A stretch of 64,000 nt of DNA. Source: Mobula birostris. Its lineage: Eukaryota. Below the pieces are notes generated by a model. It was given only the letters and a program-made list of their open reading frames with translations. It did no database searches and was not told where the DNA came from. The stretch is from positions 74,325,006-74,389,005 of the forward strand of contig NC_092379.1 of NCBI RefSeq assembly GCF_030028105.1. Reading direction: 5' to 3'. A program made the translations under genes and the position numbers. Below are positions 36,909 to 49,935 of this stretch, in pieces (the first letter of the stretch is position 1; each line of letters begins with the position of its first letter).

Positions 36909-38329
36909 GACAACATGAGCAATATAAAGCTTAGTGCCACGTGGTGTAATTATGAGTGTAATTACAGCTCCCTATGCTGCTGCAAAAAAGTCCTAAATGA
37001 TATTTTTTAAAAACCTGCAAATGCTGGAACTTGAGAAAAATATTATAGAAAATGTTGAGAAAGGGCTATGGTTAGGCGGAATTTGCAGAAATAGAGAAAA
37101 ATTAACATTTCAGGTCAAACATCCTCAGAGCTGGAGAACAGTGAAAACAAGCTAGTTTTAAGTACAACACTGGTCTGACCCTCTCTGCACCTTAAGACTA
37201 ACTTGTTTTCTCTCTTCCTCTCTCTAATGAAGTGTCTTCATTCTGAAAGACTAATTCTGTCCCTCTTTCCTCAGATAATGAATGTTAATTGCATTTTTTA
37301 AATTTCAAAATTTTAAATTATTATTTTTCCTTTCTGGGTAGAGCATTTTCACTATGCAGACTTTTCAAGGCTTTACTGTTTTGATGTCTGTTCAGATTCT
37401 CACTAAATTGTGTCTGTCTGATTTAATGAAAACTATGGATTTGTGATAGTGTATGCGAAAAATGAAAATGCCAGCTCAGAATGAAACATAAGTATCATCT
37501 GAACTTGAATTTATTTTTAAGTTCAACCGGGGTCTGTATCTGCGATGATATTAATAGAGTTTTTATTGAAACTGCAACAATTTTAATGAAAATAATTAGA
37601 AAAAATGGTCATTCTGTTCATTTAATACAGAAGACAATGAATTCTAAAGATTGCTTAACTTAGTCAAGGTTGCCATTTATTTTTAACAGTTGTTTTCCCT
37701 ATTGAATGTTCAGTAACCTATGTTTATTAAATTTGAATGCACTAATTGTGTGAGATGAAGGTATGCTGATCTAACACAAATCTGAATGTTGTTTTTATTT
37801 GATCATTTTAAAAGGGTGCATAAAGATGAGAATAACATGAACTCTGGTGTATAATCAGAAATTTCTGATTTTGAAATTAAAAATATTAGACAAATACTTA
37901 TATTTATGTAGCTAAATAGTTTGCTCCGAGAGCGATTTATCTTATTTATCCAGAAGCATAAGCAACTTCTGGTAAAAACAGTAGAAGACTGTAATCTTTG
38001 GTGTTTGGTGGTATGCCCATGACATATTTCACCCTAATTAGATTTTTTTTCTTGCATGCATTTTGAAATTTAAAGTAAGATTTTGGGATTTGCATTTGTG
38101 ATTGTGGCCTGCGGCATAAAATCTCACTAACAGTCACGGTGCTATAGATTGAAAACAGCTGTGAGTAAAAAAACTGAACAGGTATTTCATTTTTATAGAT
38201 ATTCAAAGCTCTATTTTACTCTGCAACTTACTGGTTTAGTTTAACTTTCCTAGTCACTATTTTATCATTTACCACTACTTGAATGCAGTTTTAAAGCCTT
38301 TAAAATGGTAGATTTGAATGGCTCCTTGT

Positions 38330-39170
38330 TGAGTAGTACAGCCTCTTTAACCTACTCCATGATCAATCTAACTCTTTCCTAAAACCTCTACCACCAGCCC
38401 CGGCAGTGCATTCCAGGCATTTGCCTCTGTGTACCTTTGACATCTCGCCTAAACTTTCCTCCACTGCTATTGTATCTACTTTCACCACTTCAGCTGGCAG
38501 CAGGTTTTAGATACCTACCACCTCTATGTAAAAAAAAATCAAGTAATTTTTTAAATATTCCCTTTCACACCTGAACATTTTTCTTTCTAGTATTTGACGT
38601 TTCAACTCTGTGGAATAGATTCTTAAGCCTCACATAATTTTCTATACTTCTAATAGGTCGTCTCTCACCATCGAGTAATCCAAAGAAAACAATCCTAGTT
38701 TGTCCAATCTTTCATAATACACACAAAATGCTGGATGAATTCAGCAAGTCCTGCCATGGAAAGGAATAAAGAGTCAGCGTTTTGGGCCAAGACCCGTTAT
38801 CGCATATATGATTTGTCCCGTCTCTCTTCAGGACTAATACTTTCCAACCCAAGAAATGTCTTATGAACCTCTTTGGAATCACTTCCAAAGCCTTGACATC
38901 CTTCCTATAGTGTGGTGACCAGAGTTGCAAACATGACTCCCAAGTGTGGCCTAAATGAAACTTCATACCATTACAACATGACTTCCCATTTTTCATATGC
39001 ATTGTCCTTAACAATGAATGCAAACTTGCCATACACCACCTTTACCACCGCACCGAAGCCACTTTCAGGGAGCTGTGGACTTCCAAGACTCCTCAACATC
39101 AATCCTTAAGGGAATTGCTTTTTGTAATTGACCTCTCAAAGTGCAACTCCTCACATTGATTTAGGTGAAG
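38330..39170 (-). mobile_element. Old CR1 3' fragments with a reverse Penelope pLTR piece at ~38716-38801
   Basis: LQLWSPHYRKDVKALE remnant. acacaaaatgctggatgaattcagcaag...ttttgggccaagaccc. Confidence 0.6.
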
Positions 39171-39877
39171 AAGAATGTTAGAGGGAGGAATGCAGATAGA
39201 AAAGATCTCATCTCCAATTATCTTTGGGGCTTGATAGCTGGTGAGTGCAACAGCAAATTCACGTGAAGAGTATTCCTACATAAGTGTCTTCTGCTTCTCA
39301 GATCTGTAGTGGAAGCAAGTTATCATTGATGCTGAGGAGCTGCTTAAGCAGACGAGATAATTGAAATGCGGTTACTGATATAATATACGTAAAGCATTTT
39401 CTTGTCAAACTATTTAAATGTGATGTTTGGTTGCTGTATGTAATCTGATAGCTTCCTTGAACATGAAGTTGATTAATATGCTTGAGTGAAGCCATCTATG
39501 CACTTGGAAACAACTGATATTTGTTCTGACCATATCAAACCAAATATATGAAAAGCTTCATCTCTGTTTATATTATTTACCTGACTAGAACAGTTCAAAT
39601 ACCCTGAGGAGAGGAACCCTTCCATTTTGCTGAGCTTTAGTTTAAAATGTTGACAGAATGGTAGTTAAAACCCTACTTCAGGGAGCAAGTCAAAGCCACT
39701 GGGAAAAGATAGAAGAGATTTACTGACAGCGCTTCAAGGATGAAAATCTGTTTGGAAATAAAAATTGGCCCTTTTCAGAACAGCAGACAAAGGTGAGCTC
39801 TATTAAAGTTTTTCTTTTGTATTAATGTGGAATAGCTGTTCCTCCTGGGTAGAAAGTTAGTAAAGGCATATATTTAA

Positions 39878-42529
39878 GATATGTGGGTGGAAGTTAGGAA
39901 CAGGAAGGGGGTCAATAACTCCACTGGGTGTTTTTTTATAGACCACCCAATAGTAACAGGGACATCGAAGAGCAGATAGGGAGACAGATTCTGGAAAGAT
40001 GTAATAATAACAGGGTTGTTGGCGTGGGAGATTTTAATTTCCCAAATAATTGATTGGCATCTTCTGAGAGCAAGGGGTTTAGATGGGGAGGAGTTCATTA
40101 GGTGTGTTCAGAAAGGTTTCCTAACACAATATGCAGATAAGCCTACAAGAGGAGAGGCTGTGCTTGATCTGGTATTGGGAAATGAACCTGATCAGATGTC
40201 AGATCTCTCAGTGGGAGAGCATTTTGGAGATCGTGATCACAATTCTATCTCCTTTACCATAGCGTTGGAGAAGGATAGGATCAGACAAGTTAGGAAAACG
40301 GTTAATTGGAGTAAGGGGAAATATGAAGCTATCAGGCAGGAATTTGGAAGAATAAATTGGGGACAGATGTTCTCTGGGAAGTATACTGTAGATATGTGGC
40401 AAATGTTGAGGGGATATTTGCGTGGCATTCTGCATAGGTACATTCCAATGAGATGGAAAGGATGGTAGGGTACAGGAACCGTGGTGTACAAAAGCTGTTG
40501 AAAATCTAGTCGAAGAAAAGAAAAGCTTACAAAAGGTTCAAAAAACTAGGTATTGATAGAGATCTAGAAGATTATAAGGCTAACAGGAAGGAGCTTAAGA
40601 ATGAAATTAGGAGAGACAGAAGGGGCTATGAGAAGGCCCTGGCAAGCAGGATTAAGGAAAATCCCGAGGCATTCTACAGTACGTGAACAGCAAGGGGATA
40701 AGATGTCAGATAATAGGACCAATCAAATGTGACGATGAAAAAGAGTGTATGGAACTGGAGGAGATAGCAAAGGTACTTAAGGAGTACTTTGCTTCAGTAT
40801 TCACTATGGGAAAGGATCTTGGCAGTTGTAGGGAAGACTTAGAGCAGACTGAAAAACTTGAGCATATAAACATTAAGAAAGAGGATATGCTGGAGCTTTT
40901 GAATAAGTCACCGGGACCAGACAAGATGTACCCCAGGCTACAGTGGGAGGTGAGGGAGGAGATTGACGAGCCTCTGGTAATGATCTTTCCATCATCAATG
41001 GGGACAGGAGAGGTTCCGAAGTATTGGGGGGTTGCAGATGTTGTTCCCTTATTCAAGAAAAAGAGTAGAGATAGCCCAGGAATTATCGATCAGTGATGAA
41101 GATCCTGAGAGACAGGATTTATCAACATTTGGAGAAGCATAGTATGATTAGGAATAGTCAGCATGGCTTTGTCAAAGGCAGGTTGTGCCTTAGGAGCTTG
41201 GTTGAATTTTTTGAAGATGTGACATTGATGAAGGTAGAGTAGTAGATCTAGTGTATATGGATATCAGTAAGGCATTTGATAAGGTACCCCATGCAAAGCT
41301 TACTGAGAAAGTAAGGAGGCATGGGATCCAAGGGGATACTGCTTTGTGGATTCAGAACTGACTTGCCCACAGAAGGCAAAGAGTGGTTGTAGACGTGTCA
41401 TATTCTGCATGGAGGTCAGTGACCAGTGGTGTGTCTCGAGGATCTGTTCTGGGGCCCCTACTCTTTGTGATATTTATAAATGACCTGAATGAAGAAGTGG
41501 AGGGATGGGTTAGTAAATTTGCTGATGACACAAAAGTTGGGGGTGTTGTGGATAGTGTGGAGGGAGGGCTGTCAGAGGTTACAGAGGGACATTGATAGGA
41601 TGCAAAACTGGGCTGAGAATTGGCAGATGGAGTTCAACCCAGATAAGTGTGAGGTGATTCATTTTGGTCAGGAATGATGACAGAATATAGTATTCATGGT
41701 AAGACTCTTGACAGTGTGGAGGATCAGAGGAATGTTGGGGCCCAAGTCCGTAGGGCACTCAAAGCTGCTGCACAGGTTGATTGTGTGGTTAACTTTTCTT
41801 GGATAAGAGGTCCGAAAGTGTTCACAATGCTCCAAATGCGGCCTGATCAATGCCCCATAACGCTCAGCATTACATTCTTGTTCCTAAATTCTAATCCTGA
41901 AAATGAAAGATTATATTGCATTGGCCTTCATCAACCGTGGGATTGAGTATAAGAGCTTAGAGGTAATGTTACAGCTACCCTGGTCAGACCCCACTTGGTG
42001 TACTGTGCTCATTTCTGGTTACCTCACTACAGGAAGAATGTGGAAACTATAGAAAGGGTATTGAGATTTACAAGAATGTTCCCTGGTTTGGGGAGCATGC
42101 TTTATGAGAATCGGTTGAGTGAACTTGGCCTTTTCTCCTTGCAGCGACAGAGGATGAGAGGTGACCTGATAGAATTGTATAAGATGATGAGAGGCATTGA
42201 TCATGTGGATAGTCAGAGGCTTTTTCCCAGGGTTGAAATGGCTAACATGAGAGGGCACAGTTTTAAGGTGCTTGGAAGTAGGTACAAAGATTTCAGGGGT
42301 AAGTTTTTTTTTTACACAGAGTGTGGTTAGTGCGTGGAATGGGCTGCCGGTGATGGTGGTGGAGGCAGAAACAATAGGGTCTTTTAAGAGACTCCTGGAT
42401 AGGTACATGGAGCTTAGAAAAATAGAGGGCTGTAGGTAACCCGAGATAATTTCTAAAGTAAGTACATGTTCGTCTCAGCATTGTGGGCCAAAGGGTCTGT
42501 ATTGTGCTGTAGGTTTTTCTATGTTTCTA
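39878..42529 (+). mobile_element. CR1 LINE ORF2 with 3' tail
   Basis: PTRGEAVLDLVLGNE, KSPGPDK, SVLGPLLFVIFINDL..FADDTK, MRGDLIE. Tail tttttctatgtttcta. Confidence 0.93.
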
Positions 42530-42577
42530 AGATTATAAAAGGAGAAAGGACAAAGGGGAGGGTCAGATTCTACACAG

Positions 42578-45500
42578 AGAATAAGACCGTGAGGCATAGG
42601 AGCAGAATTAAGACATACGGCCCATCGAGTTTGCTCTGACATTCCATCATGGCTAATTTATTATCCCAACTCAACCACATTCTCCTGCCTTTTCCTTGTA
42701 AATAATCAAGAAGTTATCAAGCTCCACTTTAAATATACTCAATGTCTTGGCCTCCAGAGTCATCCATGACAATGAATTCCTTCGGTTCGCTACCCTCTGG
42801 CAAAAGATATTGCTACTCATCTGTTCTAAATGGATTTCCCCCTATTCTGAGGATGTGCCTTTTGGCCCTAGACTCACCCACTATAGAAAATATCTTCCCC
42901 ATACCCTGTCTGTCTAAGCCTTTCAAAATTCAATTGGTTTCAATGTGATTTCCCACCCTTCTCCCCGCCACCACCTTCTTCTTAACTCAAGCAGAGCCAT
43001 CAAACACTTCTTATACATTAATATTTTCAATCCTGAAAGCATTATGAAACTCCTCCAACGCTAACACAACTTTTCTTGGATAAAAGGTCCAAAAGTCTTC
43101 ACAATGCTCCAAATGTGACCTGATCAATGCCCTATAATGTCTCAACATTACATTCTTGTTCCTAAATTCTAATCCTGAAAATGAAAGATAATATTGCATT
43201 TGCCATCTTTATTTGATTCAAACTGCAAATTAACCTTTAGAGATTCATACACATGTACTCCCAAATCACTTACCACCTCTGATTTTTGAATTTACTCCGT
43301 TTAGAAAATAGTCTCCTTCTTTATTTCTTCTTCCAAAGTGCATGACCGTACACTTCCCTACACTATATTCCATCTGTTACTTCTTTACCTATTCTCCCAA
43401 TTTGTCCTTCTGCAAACTCTCTGCTTCCTCAATATCATCTGCCCCTCTCCCTACCTTCGTATTATCCACACAAACTTGACAGCAAGGCCTAAATTCTGTC
43501 ATCAAAATGGTTGATATATAATGTGAAAAGAAGCAATCCCAATACCGACCCCAGTAGAACACCACTAATCATAGGCAGCCAATCAGACTAGGCATCCTTT
43601 ATTCCCGCTCTTTGTTTCTTGCCAGTCCACCAATCTTCTATCCATGTTAGTATCTTTCCTGTTATACCATGGGCTCTTGTTAAGCAGCCTCATGTGCGAC
43701 ACCTTGTCAAAGGCCTTTTGAAAATCCAAGTAAACAACATCCAATGACAAATAAACTCTGCTTGGGCTTCCAGCCAGGTACAGGTATCAATCATAACCGA
43801 TGTTTTGATGACCAACTCTGCCACCTTCATCAGGGATGATGCTAGGGCATGTGTAGTCTGTTGGTACTTATACCCCCGTTGTCTGTCCCTTCTGATTAGT
43901 TAGTCCTCATCCAATCAGGTTTCCGCTGTCCCACCTTGTTTATAATTGAGTTCCAGTTGTTACTTAGAGTGAGATCTTCGTCTTTGTTAAATTCTTTTCA
44001 CTTAGTTTTATTTCAATGGCTTCCTTCTACAGGAAAAGAATTTTAACAAAGACAAAGATCTCACTGTAGGTAAGAATTAGATTTCCATTGTATATTGGTT
44101 TTTAAAAGCTTCCCTATCTTCTAACTTCCAACTAATTTTTGCTATATTATGTGTCTTCACTTTTGCTTTTATGCTGTCTTTAACTTCTTTTGTCAGCCAT
44201 GAATGCCTTATCCTCCTTTTAGAATACTTCTTCATTTTTGAGATGTATCTATCTTGCATCTTCATAATTGCCACCAGAAACTCCAGCCATTACTGCTCTG
44301 CCAACATCCCTGCTAGTATCCCTTTCCAATCAACTTTGGTCAGCCCATCTTTCATGCCTCTGTAATTTGCTTTACTCCATTGTAATACTGATCCATCTTA
44401 CTTTATCTTCTCCCTCTCAAAGTGCAGGGTAAATTCTTTCATATTATGATCACAGTTTCTAAGGGTTCCTTTCCCTTAAGTTCCTAAATTAAATCTGGTT
44501 CATCACACAACATCCAATACAGAATTGCCTTACCACTAGTGGGCTCATCCGCAAGCTGCTCTAAGAGTCGTCTTGTAGACATTCTACAAATTCCCTTGCA
44601 GGATCCAGCACCAACCTGATTTTCTCAATCTACTTGCATATTGAAATTCCTCTTGTAAAATTGTAAAATTGTCATCATTACATGCCTTTTCTATCTCCAA
44701 TTGTAATTTATATCCCACATCCTGGCTACTGTTTGGAGGCCTATATATAACTCCCATCAGGGTCTTTTTCCCCTTTCAGTTTCTTAACTCCACTGACAAG
44801 GATTCTACATTTTTGAATTGTATGTCACCTCTTCCTATGGATTTGATTTCATTTTCTTTCCAACAGAACCACCGACCCCCTCTGCCTACCTGCATGTCCT
44901 TTCAATAAAATGTGTATCCTTGGATGTTAAGCTCCCAACTATGATCTTCTTTCTGCATGACTTAGTACAGTAACACCTGCCAATCATCATATCTGCCAAT
45001 CTCTAATGGTGCTACAAGATCATTTGCCTTATTCAGTATACTGAGTGCATTCAAATTTAATACCTTCCATCCTGTGTTTGTCATCCTTTTCAATTTTGCC
45101 TTCATGTTACATTTCAGCTCACCTGCTAATTGCAATTATGCCATACCATCTGCCTCACAGTCTCACTATAGAATGAACCTACTTGTATGGCAACTGCCCC
45201 ATCCTCAGCCCTATCACTCTGGTTTCCATCCTCCTGCCAAATTAGTTTAAACCCTCCCAACAGCTCTAACAAACCTTCCAGCAAGGATATTGGTCTCCCT
45301 CAGGTTCAAGTGCAATCTATCCTATTTGTCATCATTTCCTCAGTGGAGATCCCCCTGTACCATTTCCTCAGCCACTCATTCCTCTGTACTGTCATCCTAT
45401 TCCTGTACTGACCAGCACATACTGGAAGTAATCCAGAGATTGCTACTTTGGAGGTCCTGTTCTTCAGCCTGTTCCCCAACTCCCTATAATAACTGCGCAG

Positions 45501-46100
45501 GACCTCTAATTCCCTTCCTTCCTATGTCATTAATGCCAGTGTGCACATTGACCTCTGGCTGCTCACCTTCTCCCTTGAGAATTTTCTGCAGCCGGACTAA
45601 GACATCCTGGACCCTAGGACCTGAGAGGCAACACACCATCCTGGTGTCTTTTTCGCAGCTACAGAATCTCCTGTCCATCCTTTTAACATTCAAGTTACCT
45701 ATCACCACAGCTTTGCCTGACTTTACCCTTCCCTGCGGAGCCTCAGAGATGGATACAATGCCACTGGCCTGGCTGCTGGTGCACTACCCTGAAAGATCAA
45801 CCCCCAGCAGTATTCAAAGGAGTATACTTGCTGCTGTGGGGAATGTCCACAGGGAACCCTATACACCTTTCTGGTTGTCACCCATCTGCTATTTTGAAAC
45901 CTGCACTCTGGATGTAACCACCTCAGTAAAAGTCTTGTCGATGAGGGTTACAGCCTCCTGGATGGTCCTGAGTGCATCCAGCTCCAGCTCCAGTTCCTTG
46001 ACCTTGTCAGTCAGGAGCAACAGGTGGATGCATTTCCTGTGGTGTAGTTGTCAGGGAGATCGTCAGGTACCTTGAAATCCCACATCTCACAGGAGGAGAA
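42578..46100 (-). mobile_element. CR1 LINE including ORF1 (SGNH/GDSL esterase-like), internally deleted
   Basis: 3' tail at ~42580. RT remnants at 42700-43745, EN remnants at 44080-45060. ORF1 RMVCCLSGPRVQDV...VHTGINDIGRK at 45484-45708 and a coiled-coil/zinc region at ~45950-46095. Confidence 0.88.
43750..44076 (-). mobile_element. Poseidon-type Penelope 3' end with hammerhead motif and inverted 5' tail
   Basis: Minus strand reads EAIEIKLSEK..(N)KDEDLTLSNNWNSI, then CC-CTGATGA-A-GGTGGC-AGAGTTG-GTCATC-AAAA-CATC-GG. 44038-44073 is an inverted copy of ~43960-43996. Confidence 0.72.
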
Positions 46101-46802
46101 TAAATACATTTAAAAACAGTTGATAGAAGAGAAAGAATAATATACGACTGAGGAAGGGGGAAGGGAATAAATAGAGAGCTATCAGAAATTGGGCGCGGTC
46201 ATTGACGGATTAAACAGCCTGTAAAATATTGCAGTTAGGTTGCTTGAAAATTAACAGCAGAAAGTAACTTTTTCCACAATAAATTGTTTGCAGCTGTTCT
46301 GTAGTGAAAGTTGTTTTGTAATAAGATCGTGCAGTGAGAAACTCCTTGCCAGTTGCTCTTGGCCTGGTTTAACAGCACTCTTCTGTGCTCCTCACACACT
46401 TCAGCACACAACATCTACATTGTTGAAACTGTGGCTATTTGCTAGCTTGTAGGCAGTTAGCCAAAATGGCTTTAAGGAATCAGAGGTTAAAGCAACATTG
46501 TTCAAACATTGACTGCATTAGTAGTGAAATTCATCTTGGGAGATAATACCCAGTAGCAACACATAACTCTGTTTTTGTGTGGGAACAAGGGTCATACTGA
46601 GGACTTCTATTTCCGGTCCCAGAACTGCCTTTATTAATATAAAATTGGTGGAATTGTATTTTCTTTATTGATGTTAAACAGAATTATTAAATCAGCAATT
46701 ACCTGCTCACCATTTTCCAGTTACCTTACATTTTTTAAAGGGAAGTCACGATTGCGTGCATTTGGCCAATATCACTCTAAAAAACCTTTCCTATCCATTT
46801 AC

Positions 46803-47673
46803 TGTCAACCTATCACAAAAATACCTAAATTAAGCAAATCATTGCATGAATCTTAATTAATTCAAAACTCTCACTTTATTGTCTCCAGAATAAATTATGT
46901 TGACCCTGGGACAATATAGGTCATGAATACTATTGTTCCTTTTGTACCAATACTCACACAGACCAACACTAAAACAGGGATCTCCTATTGGCCAAATGAT
47001 TGATCCTCCTTTTCTCTACCACTGGCATGGGATTGCAGGTGTGTGAAAGTCTTTCTTGTGATAACTAATCTCTGGAGTTCTTGGTGCCCTACATCTCAAG
47101 CCCCTCATTCCTTATGAATTCAAACTGTTGTGGTTTGATTTTTCATTGGCTCCAGCCTATTCAGCTTTTTGGCTCTGGTTCAAGCCAACATTAGTTCCTT
47201 GCTCTTTTCCTAAGTAAGAGCTCCAGTCTAAGGCAGAATCACTTTATTGCTATTCTCATAAATAACGATTTATCTATCATGTTTACTTTTTTTTTGTCAT
47301 CCCTGAATCACACTAGTTTAGCCAGATCAGGCAGTTGCTGGGCTCAGGTTACAGTCACAAACTGCCTTATTCATAAACCTGAATTTTATATTTTACCAAA
47401 GAACATCTCATAAACAACTTCTTATTTGAAAATGATCTCTACTTTAGCAGATTCTCAGTAGGGGGCTCATTGTGCCTACTTTTAATTGCTTTGATCCAGC
47501 TAGCCCTGAGCAAAAATAGTTCACAAAATGGAGGTTACAGAACAGTGTCACAAAATGGCTGCCTCCATTCTTTCATGGCAAGAGCAAAGCCACTTGTTTT
47601 GTCTACTTCCACTGTCCTTGACTTGTTCAAGTTTGATGGTTTCTTCCATGGTTTAATATCTTCACAGTCAATA
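46803..47673 (-). mobile_element. Solo LTR related to the proviral LTR at 59832-60642
   Basis: Collinear similarity at both ends (tcttaattaa..caaaactc.cactttattgt; gcctccattc..tacttccactgtcctt). Termini TGTCAAC...GTCAATA. Flanks TTAC/GTAC (degenerate TSD) inside an old CR1 tail. Confidence 0.8.
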
Positions 47674-49935
47674 GTACAAATGTATTTTAAATTTTGTAAT
47701 TATACCTGCCTCTACTACTTCCTCTGCCAGCTTGTTCCATATATCCACCACCTTCAGTGTGTAAAACTTTCAACTCAAATCCCCTTTGTCTCTTTCTCCT
47801 CTCACTTTAAACCTACAGCCCCCAGATTTATACTTCCCTACCCTGGGAAAAAGACTGTGACAATCCACCTTATCTATGTGCCTTGTGATTTTATAAACAT
47901 CTGTATGTGATTGTATGGTGATGAGAATTCCATGTATAATCTCATCAAAGTCTTGCACAGCTATAAAAAATCCTTTCCCAACTCCTGTACTCAGTTCCCT
48001 ATCTTATAAAGGCAAGCTTGCCATACACCATCTTCATCACTTCATCTACTAATGTCACCTCTTTCAGAAACTACTTGCTTGATTCTCTGAGCCTGCCTGT
48101 TCTACAACATACTACAGGATGCTGTCATTCACGGTATATATCCTGTCTGGTATAACTTCTCGAAACATGTCTGAGTTAACTTCCATCTGCTATACCTTGG
48201 CCCACTTCCTCAGTTAATCTAGATCCTGTTGCAGTCTCAGACAACCTCCTTCCCTGTCAACTGCTACATAATTTTGAAGTTGTCCACAAATTTACTAATT
48301 GTGCCACCTACATTCTCATCCAAAACATTAAAGCAAATGACAAATAACAGCGAATCCAGCACTGATTTCTACAACACACTACCATTCACATGCTCCAACC
48401 TGAAAATCAAGCCTCAAATCTGAAAAGCAATCTTACACTACCACCCTCTGCTTCTTATCTTGAAGCTAATGTTGTATCCAGTTGGCTAGCTCTCCCTGAA
48501 TTCCATGTGATCTAACTTCCCGGCCTACGTTATTAAAGACCTTGCTAAAGTCCACATAGATAACATCTACTGCCCTTCTCTTGCCATTTGCTTGGCCACT
48601 CTTCAAAAAAAGATTGTCCCCTTAAATGGCCATGCAAGCCAATCAATGTAAATATGTCATTTACTGTTATATAATACATGTGGACAATGTTCCAGTGATA
48701 GCAAAATAATGTCACTTCTCCTTGTAGAATGTGTCAGTAGCAGCCACTTCAGACAATCTAAACAACACAACCTTGCTTTATGTCTCAACTCAGAGAAATG
48801 CCACTGGAAATCTTGCAGGTTACGCTCAATGTTCATTGAAAATTTCCTCTGAGTATTGAGTAGCCAGCAACCATTTTCACTGATGTAAATATTCCAAGTA
48901 GGGAAGGGTCAACAATCAATCTCCTATTGGAAAAAATAGCTGGGTAAGTGAATAAGTATTATTGGGAGAGCATTTTGGGGTCAGTGACCATAATTCTATT
49001 AGTTCCAAAATAATTATGAAAAAAAGGTGGGACTGATCCATGAGTTCAAGACCAAAAATGGGATAAGGTTAATTTTGATGGCATTACAGTCATAGACAAC
49101 TACAGCACAAAAGCTAGCCCTTTGGCCCATCTAGTCCATGCTGAAGCTTTTTAAACTGCCTACTCCATAGCGCTCCACATCCCTACTATCCATGTACCGA
49201 TCTAAACTTATCTTAATGTTGAAATAGAGCTTGCACGGACCACGTGCTAACAGCACATTTCACACTCTCACGGCCCTCTGAATGATGAAGTTTCCCCTAA
49301 TGTTCTACTTAAACTTCTCATCTTTCACCCTTAACCCATAACCTCTGGTTGTCGTCCCACCCAACCTCAGTGGAAAAAAACCTGCTTACATTTACCCTAA
49401 CCCTCATAACTTTGTTCACCTATTCAGCAGAAATTCACAAAGATTGACAGTGAGATGCTGGTTGCTAGTAAAAAGACATGTGACACGCAGAGGGCTTTAA
49501 AAATGAGATGGAGAGAGTTCAGTGCCAGCATGTTCCCGATAGAGTGAACGGTAAGACTGACAGCAAGGGGAACTCTCAGCAAGGGATGTTGAGACTCTTG
49601 TAAGGAAAAAGAAAGAAGAATATAAAGGATGTGTAGCTACTTCAAGAGGAATCGGGATGAAAAAATATGGAGATACCTTTGGAAGACAAGGTAAATGATA
49701 ATCCTAGGAGATTATATAAGTGTATTAAGAGAGAATGGATAACCTAGGAGAGAATGGGTCATTTAAGAATTACGGTGACTGCCTTTGTGTGGAGCCACAG
49801 AAGATGAGTGAGGTCTTAAATTAATCAATTTAGTCAGTATTTACTGTGGAGAAGATTGTGGAAGCTAGGAAGTTCAGGGAAGAGGGGTGATGTTCTGAAA
49901 ATACCCATGTTACAAAAGGAGAGATGTTTTGAAGT
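47674..49935. mobile_element. Old CR1 fragments (minus 47.7-48.6 kb; plus 48.9-49.9 kb with a minus 3' end at ~49088-49420)
   Basis: IDKVDCHSLFPRVG..FKVRG (minus), EHFGVSDHNSISSKI (plus) and CR1 3'-UTR-like sequence. Confidence 0.65.

Noticed and set aside
45290-46075. 261-aa plus-strand ORF
   Set aside because: Antisense shadow of CR1 ORF1 on the minus strand.
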